Source: Alphaproteobacteria bacterium (GTDB taxonomy: Bacteria > Pseudomonadota > Alphaproteobacteria > CADEGL01). From it: DNA of 64,000 nt. Shown piece by piece: positions 55,908-64,000 of this stretch. The DNA is taken from contig JAXMCE010000002.1 in the NCBI GenBank assembly GCA_046349515.1, positions 27,623 through 91,622 of the forward strand. Direction: 5' to 3'. The position numbers and the translations under genes are program-made. How positions within the stretch are numbered: position 1 is the first letter of the stretch; every line of letters begins with the position of its first letter. The notes under the pieces were generated by a model. That model saw nothing but the letters and a program-made list of their open reading frames with translations, made no database searches and was not told the DNA's origin.

Positions 55908-56816
55908 ATGACGTCGCAGCGCGCCACAACCGACGGCGGTCGGGCCCTCTCGGGCATCCTCTTCCTTCTCGCGGCCCTCTTCATCTTCACGGTGATGGAC
56001 GCGATCGCGAAGTACCTGACCGCCGACTATCCCGTCATCTTCATCATGTGGGTGCGTTACGCCTTCCAGTTCGGCTTCGTCCTGGCCCTCGCACTCCGCG
56101 CACGCGCGCGCCTCGTGCCGCGGACCGCCCGGCTCGGCCTTCAGGTCGGCCGCGCCATCCTCAATGTCGCCTCGACCTTTCTGTTCATCTTCGCGTTGCG
56201 CTTCGTGGCGCTGGCGGACGCGGTCGCGCTCACGACCGTGGGCCCCCTGTTCCTCACGGCGCTCTCGGTTCCACTCCTCGGCGAGAAGGTCGGCATCCGC
56301 CGCTGGACCGCCGTCGTCGTCGGCTTCGCAGGCGCCCTCATCATTCTCCGGCCCGGCCTCGGAGTCGTTCACTGGGCGGGCTCGATCCTGATGCTCTCTT
56401 CGCTCGTCTATGCGCTCTACCAGATCGCGACGCGCATCGTCGCCCGGAGCGACGCGGCCCTGACCACCCTTTTCTACACGACGGCGGTCGGTGTCGTTCT
56501 CTCGTCGGCGATCGTCCCCTTCGAGTGGAAATCGGCACCGCTCGAGGTCTGGCTGCTTCTCGTCGTGCAGGGCGGGCTCGGCGCGCTCGCGCACCTTTCC
56601 CTCATCACCGCCTTCGAGCGCGTTGCGGTCTCGACCATCGCGCCGTTCAACTATGCCGCGGTCGTCATGGCGACGGTCGTCGGCTACGCCGTCTTCGGCA
56701 CGTTCCCCGACCGCTGGACGATCCTCGGCACGCTCGTCGTCGTGGCTTCGGGACTTTATGTCATCTACCGCGAGGCCGTGCGCCGTCGCGAGCGCCAGGA
56801 AGAGGCGGCGCCGTAA
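55908..56816 (+). CDS. EamA/DMT-family transporter, paralogue 3
   Basis: Closest to paralogue 1 (DAIAKYLTADYPVIFIMWVRYAFQF). Confidence 0.8.
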   Translation: MTSQRATTDGGRALSGILFLLAALFIFTVMDAIAKYLTADYPVIFIMWVRYAFQFGFVLALALRARARLVPRTARLGLQVGRAILNVASTFLFIFALRFVALADAVALTTVGPLFLTALSVPLLGEKVGIRRWTAVVVGFAGALIILRPGLGVVHWAGSILMLSSLVYALYQIATRIVARSDAALTTLFYTTAVGVVLSSAIVPFEWKSAPLEVWLLLVVQGGLGALAHLSLITAFERVAVSTIAPFNYAAVVMATVVGYAVFGTFPDRWTILGTLVVVASGLYVIYREAVRRRERQEEAAP

Positions 56817-56828
56817 CCCGAGAATCCG

Positions 56829-59099
56829 CTAGGCGGCCGCGACGAAACTCGCGATCACCTTCTTCCGCCCCGCCTTCTCGAAATCGATGTCGAGCTTGTT
56901 GTCCTCGACCGCGCGGATGCGGCCATAGCCGAATTTCTGGTGGAAGACCCGGTCGCCAACCGAGAAGGCGCCCGAGCGATGGGACCGCTGTTTGGCCCCT
57001 GCCTCGCCGAACGGCACACCGCCGCGCCCCTCGAGCCGCGGCGCGCGGCGCGGAGCGAAACTGATCCGGTCGTCGTCGATGGACGCCCCCGTCGCGCCGT
57101 AGAGCCCCGGCTCGGACGCCACGTCCACATGGCCGGGCGGCAACTCGTCGATGAAGCGCGAGGGGATGGCGCTCTGCCAGAGGTTGTGGACGCGTCGGTT
57201 GGCGGCGAAGCTCACGCTCGCCCGGCGGCGGGCGCGCGTGAGGCCCACATAGGCAAGACGCCGCTCCTCCTCGAGCGCCGCCGTGCCGCCCGATTCGAGC
57301 GCGCGCTGGTGGGGGAAGAGCCCCTCCTCCCAGCCCGGCAGGAACACCGTGCCGAACTCGAGACCCTTGGCGCTGTGGAGCGTCATGATGTTGACCATGT
57401 CGCCGCCCGCGGCGGCGTTTCCCTCCGTCACGAGCGCCACGTGCTCGAGGAACCCGCCGAGCGAATCGAACTCCTCCATGGCGGCGACGAGCTCCTTCAG
57501 GTTCTCGAGCCGGCCCGGCGCCTCTGGAGTTTTCGAGGCCTTCCACATCTCGGTGTAGCCCGATTCGTCGAGGACGATGCGCGCGAGATCGGCATGGGGC
57601 TCGGCGGTCGCGACCTTCCGCCAGCGGTCGAGATCGAGAAGAAAGCCCGAGAGAGCCTTCCGCGCCTGGGGCTTGAGTTCGTCGGTCTCGACGAGCCGAC
57701 GCGCCGCCTCGACGAGCGAGATCCCGTCGGCGCGCGCGAGCCGGTTCAAGGCTTGAAGCGTCGATTCGCCGATGCCGCGGCGCGGCGTGTTGACGATTCG
57801 CTCGAAGGCCAGGCTGTCGGCCGTCTGATGAATGAGGCGGAGATAGGCCAGCGCGTCGCGGATCTCCTGCCGCTCGTAGAAGCGCGGACCGCCGATGACG
57901 CGGTAGGGGATGCCGAGGGTGATGAAACGCTCCTCGAATTCGCGGGTCTGGAAGCTGGCGCGGACGAGGATCGCGATGTCGGCGAGGCGCGAACCCTGGC
58001 GCTGCAAGGCCTCGATGTCGTCGGCGATGGCACGCGCCTCTTCCTCGCCGTCCCACACGCCGCGCACGGTGATCTTGTCGCCGGCTTCACCCGCGCTCCA
58101 CAGCGTCTTGCCGAGCCGCCCCTCGTTGTGGGCGATGAGGCCCGAGGCGGCCGACAAGATGTGCTGGGTCGAGCGGTAGTTCTGCTCGAGGCGGACGATC
58201 TGGGCGCCCGGAAAATCGCGCTCGAAGCGCAGGATGTTCGCGATCTCCGCGCCGCGCCAGCTGTAGATCGACTGGTCGTCGTCTCCCACGCAGCAGATGT
58301 TGCGCGAGCCCTGGGCGAGCAGGCGCAGCCAGAGATACTGCGCCACGTTCGTGTCCTGGTACTCGTCGACGAGGATGTAACGGAATTGCTCCTGGTAGCG
58401 GCGCGCGACGTCCGGATGGGCCGTGAAGAGCTCGAGCGCGTGAAGCAACAAATCGCCGAAATCGCAGGCGTTGAAGGCCTTGAGGCGCTCCTGGTACTCG
58501 CGGTAGAGCTCGATCATCCGCCCGCCCGCGACTTCGCCCGCATCGGCCGCGGACAGCTTGCCGGGCGTCAAGCCCCGATCCTTCCAGCGCTCGATCACCG
58601 CGTGGACCGCGCGCGCGGGCCAACGCTTGTCGTCGATTTGGGCCGCCTTGACGATCTGGCCCAAGAGCCGGAGCTGGTCATCGGTGTCGAGGATCGTGAA
58701 GTTGGGCGTGAGGCCGAGAAGCTCCGCGTGGCGCCGCAGCATGCGCGCGCAGAGAGAGTGGAACGTGCCGAGCCACAGCCCCTCGACGGCGCCGCCGATC
58801 TCGGCGGCGACGCGCTCCTTCATCTCGCGCGCGGCCTTGTTGGTGAAGGTGACGGCCAGGATCTGGCTCGGCCAGGCACGGCGCGTCGCAAGGATGTGGG
58901 CAAGGCGCGTGGTTAGGACACGCGTCTTGCCGGTTCCGGCGCCCGCGAGAACGAGAAGCGGGCCCTCGAGCGTCTCGACGGCCTGGCGCTGGGATTCGTT
59001 GAGCCCGGCGAGATAACGCGTACTCGCCACCGCCGCCCGCTCCGAGATCGGCGCCGCGGTCTCCACGCTGTCATCGGTGAGAGCAAAGGGATCGGACAT
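56829..59099 (-). CDS. uvrD: ATP-dependent DNA helicase, UvrD/PcrA family
   Basis: Walker A AGAGTGKTRVLT. Helicase motifs throughout. C-terminal Tudor-like tail. Confidence 0.85.
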   Translation of the reverse strand: MSDPFALTDDSVETAAPISERAAVASTRYLAGLNESQRQAVETLEGPLLVLAGAGTGKTRVLTTRLAHILATRRAWPSQILAVTFTNKAAREMKERVAAEIGGAVEGLWLGTFHSLCARMLRRHAELLGLTPNFTILDTDDQLRLLGQIVKAAQIDDKRWPARAVHAVIERWKDRGLTPGKLSAADAGEVAGGRMIELYREYQERLKAFNACDFGDLLLHALELFTAHPDVARRYQEQFRYILVDEYQDTNVAQYLWLRLLAQGSRNICCVGDDDQSIYSWRGAEIANILRFERDFPGAQIVRLEQNYRSTQHILSAASGLIAHNEGRLGKTLWSAGEAGDKITVRGVWDGEEEARAIADDIEALQRQGSRLADIAILVRASFQTREFEERFITLGIPYRVIGGPRFYERQEIRDALAYLRLIHQTADSLAFERIVNTPRRGIGESTLQALNRLARADGISLVEAARRLVETDELKPQARKALSGFLLDLDRWRKVATAEPHADLARIVLDESGYTEMWKASKTPEAPGRLENLKELVAAMEEFDSLGGFLEHVALVTEGNAAAGGDMVNIMTLHSAKGLEFGTVFLPGWEEGLFPHQRALESGGTAALEEERRLAYVGLTRARRRASVSFAANRRVHNLWQSAIPSRFIDELPPGHVDVASEPGLYGATGASIDDDRISFAPRRAPRLEGRGGVPFGEAGAKQRSHRSGAFSVGDRVFHQKFGYGRIRAVEDNKLDIDFEKAGRKKVIASFVAAA

Positions 59100-59194
59100 C
59101 CGGACGATTTATAGCATGGTCGCGCGAGCGTCCATCACTCTCGATCGAGGCCCCTTGCTTGACACGCCGCACGCGCGAGTCGAGCTTCGGCACC

Positions 59195-60337
59195 ATGGCC
59201 AAGGTGATCGAACGGATTGCACTCCCAGGCTCGGCATCGGGCACCGCACACGAGCTCGTGGTGCATCGCTATGGCTCGCCCGGCGCGCGGCCCAAGGCCT
59301 ACCTCCAGGCAAGCATCCATGCCGACGAAACACCGCCCATGCTCGTGCTGCACCATCTTCTGCGCTTCCTCGACGAAGCGGCGCGCGACGGCACCATCCG
59401 AGGCGAAATCGTCGTCGTGCCCGTGGCCAACCCGATCGGCCTCAGCCAGGAGGTGATGGGGATGCACATCGGACGCTCCGACCTCGCCGGCGGTGGCAAC
59501 TTCAACCGTCAATGGCCAGACGTGACGGATCGCGTGGCGGCAGCGATCGCCGGCGCCCTCGGCCCGGAGGCCGGAGCCAACGCGGCGCTCATCCGGCACG
59601 CACTCGCCCAGGCGGTGGCGGCCATCGAACCCGCGAACTCCTTGGCGGCGATGCGCCTCTCGCTCCTCGCCCGCGCGATCGATGCCGACATCGTGCTCGA
59701 CCTTCACTCCGACCAGGAGGCGCTGCCCCATCTCTTCATCGGCACGCCCAATTGGCCGGCCGGTAGCGACCTCGCGGCGGAACTTCAGAGTCGCGCCGCG
59801 CTCTTTACCCACGATCCTGGCGGCCAAGCCTTCGAGGACATCTGCGCCTTGGCTTGGCACAAACTCGGGGCACGTTTCGGTCCCACGCATCCGGTTCCGC
59901 AGGCCTGTCTCGCGGCGACAATCGAGCTTCGAGGCAAGGCGGATGTGAGCGACGCGCTCGCGGCACGGGATGCCCAAGGGCTATTCCGCTTCCTCACCCG
60001 GCGCGGCGTGCTCGCGGGCGACCCTGGGCCCCTGCCGGATAGCCCGTGCGAGGCCGTACCGTTCGAAGCCGTCGATGTCGTTCGCGCGCCCCGAGCCGGA
60101 GTCCTCGTCCATCGGGCCAGCCTCGGTGACCAACTCACCGCCGGTGATGTTCTCGCCGACATCGTCGACCCCACGGCGGAGGATCCGCGCGGCGCACGCA
60201 CGAGTGTCGCGACCCGCGCCACTGGTTGGGTGCTCGCCCGGCGGGCCGATCGCTATGTCCGCCTGGGCCAGGTCGTGGCCAAGGTGGTCGGCCGCACGCC
60301 TCTTCCAGACCGCACCGGCCATCTCCTCGAGGACTAG
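59195..60337 (+). CDS. Succinylglutamate desuccinylase/aspartoacylase (AstE/AspA) family protein
   Basis: MAKVIERIALPGSASGTAHELVVHRYG...ASIHADETPP, a zinc carboxypeptidase-like N-terminus. Confidence 0.6.
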   Translation: MAKVIERIALPGSASGTAHELVVHRYGSPGARPKAYLQASIHADETPPMLVLHHLLRFLDEAARDGTIRGEIVVVPVANPIGLSQEVMGMHIGRSDLAGGGNFNRQWPDVTDRVAAAIAGALGPEAGANAALIRHALAQAVAAIEPANSLAAMRLSLLARAIDADIVLDLHSDQEALPHLFIGTPNWPAGSDLAAELQSRAALFTHDPGGQAFEDICALAWHKLGARFGPTHPVPQACLAATIELRGKADVSDALAARDAQGLFRFLTRRGVLAGDPGPLPDSPCEAVPFEAVDVVRAPRAGVLVHRASLGDQLTAGDVLADIVDPTAEDPRGARTSVATRATGWVLARRADRYVRLGQVVAKVVGRTPLPDRTGHLLED

Positions 60338-60464
60338 AGCCCCGATTTCAACGAAATGTTGCCGCCGCCGCGTGAATGGGAATTTGTGCGGCCGCGATTG
60401 GCGTCGCACCCGCCACATCGGACATGTTATCCTTCGCTTTCATCACGCTACACCGGAACGAACC

Positions 60465-61478
60465 ATGGGCGAGCCGAATCGATCGGCGCTGCGGCGTGCA
60501 ATTCTCGGTCTCGCCGCGGCGGCATGGGTGGCGATTGCAGGCGCGGCGAGTGCGGTCGCGCAAGGGCCCGCCAAGGATCTCCTCAACGCCGTGGTGGGCG
60601 TGAATGCGGAAATCCCCGCCCAGGCGCGGACGGCCCCCCTTCTCGGCACGAAGCGATCAGGCAGCGGCGTCGTCATCGACGGCAGCGGCCTCGTCCTCAC
60701 CATCGGCTATCTGATCGTCGAAGCGTCGAGCGTCACCGTGACCGACAATAACGGCACGACGGTTCCGGCGCAGATCGTCGCCTACGACCACCAGACGGGC
60801 CTTGGCCTCCTGCGCGCGCTCAGGCCCCTCGAGAGCCCGCCCATGGCTTTCGGCCGATCGGACGATCTCAAGGAGCTCAATCCCGTGATGGTCGTCGGCC
60901 GCGACGCAGGCGAGCTGATCGTTCCGGCCCGCGTCAGTGCGCGGCGTGAATTCGCAGGTTCCTGGGAGTACCTCATGGACAATGCGATCTTCACGGTGCC
61001 GGCCCATCCGTACCACAGCGGCGCGGCCCTCATCGGGCCCGACGGCAAGCTCCTCGGCATCGGCTCCCTCATCATCACGCAGTCGATTCCGGGCGTCGGC
61101 GTCGTGCCCGGCAACATGTTCGTGCCCATCGACGTCTTGAAGCCGATCCTGGCCGACCTCATCGCCGAGGGACATCAACGCGGCCCCCATCAACCGTGGC
61201 TCGGCCTCTCGCCCGAGGAGGTGCGTGGCAAGCTGTTCGTGACCCGCGTCTCGCCCGAGGGGCCGGCCGAGAAAGCCGGCATCAAGGAAGGGGACATCAT
61301 CGTCGGTGTCGGCGGCGCGCCGGTCGACAGCATGGCCGGCCTCTTCCGCAAGGTGTGGTCCCTCGGCCCGGCCGGCACCGACGTTCCCCTCGACGTCATC
61401 CAGGGCTCCGACGTCCGGCGCATCGTCGTCCATTCGATCGACCGCTACAGCTGGCTGCGCCTCGATCTCACCCACTGA
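60465..61478 (+). CDS. Secreted trypsin-like (S1C) serine peptidase with a C-terminal PDZ domain
   Basis: Signal peptide, GSGVVIDGSGLVLT, the catalytic-Ser region YHSGAALIGPDGKLLGIGS (a divergent GNSGG), and PDZ (KAGIKEGDIIVGVGGAPV). The track ORF starts 165 codons earlier with no similarity. Confidence 0.7.
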   Translation: MGEPNRSALRRAILGLAAAAWVAIAGAASAVAQGPAKDLLNAVVGVNAEIPAQARTAPLLGTKRSGSGVVIDGSGLVLTIGYLIVEASSVTVTDNNGTTVPAQIVAYDHQTGLGLLRALRPLESPPMAFGRSDDLKELNPVMVVGRDAGELIVPARVSARREFAGSWEYLMDNAIFTVPAHPYHSGAALIGPDGKLLGIGSLIITQSIPGVGVVPGNMFVPIDVLKPILADLIAEGHQRGPHQPWLGLSPEEVRGKLFVTRVSPEGPAEKAGIKEGDIIVGVGGAPVDSMAGLFRKVWSLGPAGTDVPLDVIQGSDVRRIVVHSIDRYSWLRLDLTH

Positions 61479-61512
61479 GGCGCGGCCGCACGGCGCTTCC
61501 GAGTCCGCGCCC

Positions 61513-62016
61513 TCAATTGCACTGACCGAGCGATCCCTCGGCACAGATTTTCTGCCCGTCGATCCAGACAGCGCCGCTGAGATCCGCCCGCGTCAGATCC
61601 GCACCCGTGAGGTGCGCACCCGTGAGGTTGGCGCCCCGCAGATTGGCCTGGAAGAAGCGGGCGCGCTGCAGATCCGCGCCGCGCAAATTGGCGCCCGCCA
61701 GATCGGCCTTGGTGAGATCGGCTTCCGTCAAGCGCGCGTTCTCGAGCTTCGAGCGTTCAAGCCGGGCGCTGATGAACTTGGCGCGGTAGGCATCGACCTG
61801 CGTGAGGTCGCTGCCGGAGAGGTCGGCCCGCGCGAAGCTCGCATCGCGCAAGCGCGCGCCCGTCAGATCGATGTCCTGGAGCGCCTTCTGGTCGAGACGG
61901 CACCGCCGCCAGTCGACGTCCCGGGCCGCGGCGTCGGTGCAGTCCGCGCGCGCGGGCCACGCGAGAAGCATCGCCGCCGCCAGGCCCGCAAAGCCCCACC
62001 AGCGCGGCCCGGGCAT
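61513..62016 (-). CDS. Secreted pentapeptide-repeat protein
   Basis: Signal peptide, then tandem A(D/N)LxG repeats (ADLSGSDLTQVDAYRAKF...ADLAGANLRGADLQRARF...). Confidence 0.8.
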   Translation of the reverse strand: MPGPRWWGFAGLAAAMLLAWPARADCTDAAARDVDWRRCRLDQKALQDIDLTGARLRDASFARADLSGSDLTQVDAYRAKFISARLERSKLENARLTEADLTKADLAGANLRGADLQRARFFQANLRGANLTGAHLTGADLTRADLSGAVWIDGQKICAEGSLGQCN

Positions 62017-62021
62017 GGTGC

Positions 62022-62510
62022 TCAGCCCGGACGCTTGGCGGCGAGGCTGATGGCGCGGCTGGCCTCGACCGGCCAGGGCCGCGCGTCGTGCTCGCGCTTC
62101 ATGCGATCGAGGCGGCCCATGGTCTCCTCGGTGAAGGGCGTCGCCCGACGCGTCGCCATGTCGACATGGAGGCTCATGAACTCGCAGGTCGCCGACACGA
62201 AATTCTCCGTGTCGTGATGCAGGAAATGGATGAAGTGCACGCGCTTCGTATCATAGCCCAGAATCTGGGAGACAGTGCGAATCGGCGCGCCCTCGTGCAT
62301 CTCCCGGCGGAAGACGACGTGCATCTCCGTCATGAACATGGTGCGCCCGGTGCGCTCGATCGCCGCGAAGCCGAGGTCGAACAGGTCGAAGAATCCGTCG
62401 ATCGCGCGATCGAAAATGAGGCTGTAATAGGCCACGTTCAGATGGCCGTTCAGATCGACCCAATCCTTGTGAACAACGTCCCGGTAGGTGACTGGCAGCT
62501 CGACGCTCAT
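62022..62510 (-). CDS. Hotdog-fold acyl-CoA thioesterase (4HBT-like)
   Basis: 162 aa. DLNGHLNVAYYSLIFD matches the YbgC/4HBT N-terminus. Confidence 0.7.
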   Translation of the reverse strand: MSVELPVTYRDVVHKDWVDLNGHLNVAYYSLIFDRAIDGFFDLFDLGFAAIERTGRTMFMTEMHVVFRREMHEGAPIRTVSQILGYDTKRVHFIHFLHHDTENFVSATCEFMSLHVDMATRRATPFTEETMGRLDRMKREHDARPWPVEASRAISLAAKRPG

Positions 62511-62645
62511 GCGCGGGCGAGGATAGTGGATTGATCGGGACGCGCAATCCTGCTCGAGACGGCGTAAGGCCGCGTGCGACCGCCGCCTTGGCTTGACGCC
62601 CCGGCCGGCGGGCGATCATATCGGCGCAGCACGGGGGTCAGGGAC

Positions 62646-63800
62646 ATGGCAGCGCGGATCGGACAGGAGCTCCCCTTCTCCCGGGCGGAGCTCGACGGGC
62701 GCATGGACCGGGCCAAGGCCAAGATGGCCGAAGCCGGGCTCGATGCCGCGCTCCTCTTCGATCCCGAGAACATCTTCTATCTCACCGGCTATCAGAGCAT
62801 CGGCTATTTCACCTTCCAGGCGCTCCTCGTGCCGATCACGGGTGCGCCCGTACTCATCTCGCGTGCGGTCAACCAGTTCATGGCCGCCATCACGCCGACC
62901 ATCGGGCGTTTCGCAGCCGTCGGCGACACGGACGATCCCGTCGCCGCGACCTTGGGTGCGATCGCGGATTTCGGCGCGCGCGGGCGGCTCGGCGTCGAGA
63001 CGGCCTCCTGGTACCTGACCGTGCCCGTCTATCGCGCGCTCGAGCGCGAGAGCGGCTGGACGCTCGCTGACTGGTCCGGTGTGGTCGAGCGCCTCCGGCT
63101 CAACAAGTCGCCCGAGGAGATCGACCGCATCCGCCGCGCGGCGCGCGCGGCCGAAGCGGGCTTGGCCGCGGCGCTTCACGCGACCAAGCCCGGAGCGAAT
63201 GAAAACGACGTCGCGGCCGCCATGCATCACGCCAGCATCGCGGCGGGCAGCGAGTATCTCGGCCATGCGCCCATCGCGGTCGCGGGCGAGCGCACGGCCG
63301 TCACCTTCACCATGTGGCGCCGCCGGCCTCTCGCCGCAGGCGACGCCGTCTTTCTCGAATCGGGCGGATGCGTCGATCGCTACCACGCGATCATCGCGCG
63401 GTGCGCGGTCCTCGGCCGGCCCACCGACGAGATGAAGCGCATGGCCGATGCGATCATCGGCGGACTCGAGGCGGTGATCGGCGCGCTCAAACCCGGCATC
63501 ACCTCGGGCGATGCGGACCGCGCGTGCCGCAGCGTCATCGCGCGCGCGGGCTACGGCGAGCGCTTCGTCCACCGCACGGCCTACGGCGTCGGCATCGGCT
63601 TCCCGCCCAATTGGAGCGAGGGCAAGACCATCGCGCTCCGGCGAGACGACCCGACCGTGCTCGAGCCGAACATGACTTTCCACATCGTGCCGAGCATCTT
63701 CGGCGGCGACTACGGCCTCTGCTTCAGCGAGACGGTGCTCATCACACCGAGCGGGTGCGAAGTGATCACGCGCTATCCGCGGGAGTTCCTCGTCCTGTGA
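62646..63800 (+). CDS. M24-family metallopeptidase (Xaa-Pro dipeptidase/creatinase-like)
   Basis: Creatinase N-domain plus a pita-bread fold (HRTAYGVGIGFPPNWSEG). Start taken at MAARIGQELPF. Confidence 0.75.
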   Translation: MAARIGQELPFSRAELDGRMDRAKAKMAEAGLDAALLFDPENIFYLTGYQSIGYFTFQALLVPITGAPVLISRAVNQFMAAITPTIGRFAAVGDTDDPVAATLGAIADFGARGRLGVETASWYLTVPVYRALERESGWTLADWSGVVERLRLNKSPEEIDRIRRAARAAEAGLAAALHATKPGANENDVAAAMHHASIAAGSEYLGHAPIAVAGERTAVTFTMWRRRPLAAGDAVFLESGGCVDRYHAIIARCAVLGRPTDEMKRMADAIIGGLEAVIGALKPGITSGDADRACRSVIARAGYGERFVHRTAYGVGIGFPPNWSEGKTIALRRDDPTVLEPNMTFHIVPSIFGGDYGLCFSETVLITPSGCEVITRYPREFLVL

Positions 63801-64000
63801 GCGCCACGGCATCCGCGATTCCCCGCCAGTACCGGCGCATGTTCGCGGTCATGGTGGCCGCGGTCGCCTCCGTGTTCGTGCTCTCGCAGGTTTATCGCTA
63901 CATGATCACGCTGATCGTGCCGGAGATCGCGCGCGAGCTGTCGCTGTCGGCCTCGGAGGTCGGCGCGCTCGGCGCGACGCTCTTCTTCAGCTTCGCGGCC
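63797..64000 (+). CDS. MFS transporter, N-terminal fragment (continues beyond the window)
   Basis: Hydrophobic N-terminus MFAVMVAAVASVFVLSQVYRYMITLIVPEIARELSLSASEVGALGATLFFSFAA. Start is either GTG 63797 overlapping the upstream stop, or ATG 63839. Confidence 0.5.
   Translation, partial: MSATASAIPRQYRRMFAVMVAAVASVFVLSQVYRYMITLIVPEIARELSLSASEVGALGATLFFSFAA

Overview
This 64 kb window looks like core chromosome from a high-GC (about 65-66%) alphaproteobacterium, densely packed with housekeeping genes on both strands. I found no tRNA or rRNA genes, CRISPR arrays, IS elements, integrases or prophage signatures.

Recognisable blocks, in order:
- fcl-gmd (GDP-fucose synthesis)
- an orphan ParB-like gene followed by a Sel1-repeat membrane protein
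- ispE behind a TPR protein
- ETF-ubiquinone oxidoreductase, family-4 uracil-DNA glycosylase, lytic transglycosylase, moaB
- a GT2 and DUF2064 pair facing a radical-SAM protein
- the alphaproteobacterial rnhB-ccrM-mutY-dciA-dsbA-like-smc block, with a cluster of GANTC sites in the ccrM promoter
- the F0 ATP synthase operon atpI-B-E-F'-F
- gcvTHP behind a tandem glycine riboswitch
- lipoprotein and CDGSH genes, thrB-rnhA, Prx5 peroxiredoxin, dsbD, yqgE, a GNAT, an M16 peptidase, thrC
- an M32 carboxypeptidase coupled to the cytochrome aa3 oxidase cluster (ctaC-D-B-small ORF-ctaG-ctaE-DUF983-SURF1)
- tldD, pepP, a DUF1127 gene behind an AT-rich operator-like region, prmA
- three EamA/DMT transporter paralogues around an acetoacetate-decarboxylase-family gene
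- uvrD, several peptidases, a pentapeptide-repeat protein, a thioesterase, and a partial MFS transporter at the 3' edge

The most unusual element is the ParB-like and Sel1 membrane protein pair. The ParB-like protein has full ParB CTPase and HTH motifs but no ParA partner and no ParA-stimulating N-terminal peptide. Instead it shares a short N-terminal ribbon-helix-helix-like motif with the membrane protein downstream.

Other items worth a second look:
- an AT-rich perfect palindrome built from two DnaA-box-like 9-mers (10390-10416)
- two related palindromes upstream of the DUF1127 gene
- a conserved but uncharacterised GT2/DUF2064/radical-SAM neighbourhood
- an EamA paralogue whose conserved N-terminus lies upstream of any canonical start codon

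All calls come from reading the sequence and from remembered family signatures. No database search was run.
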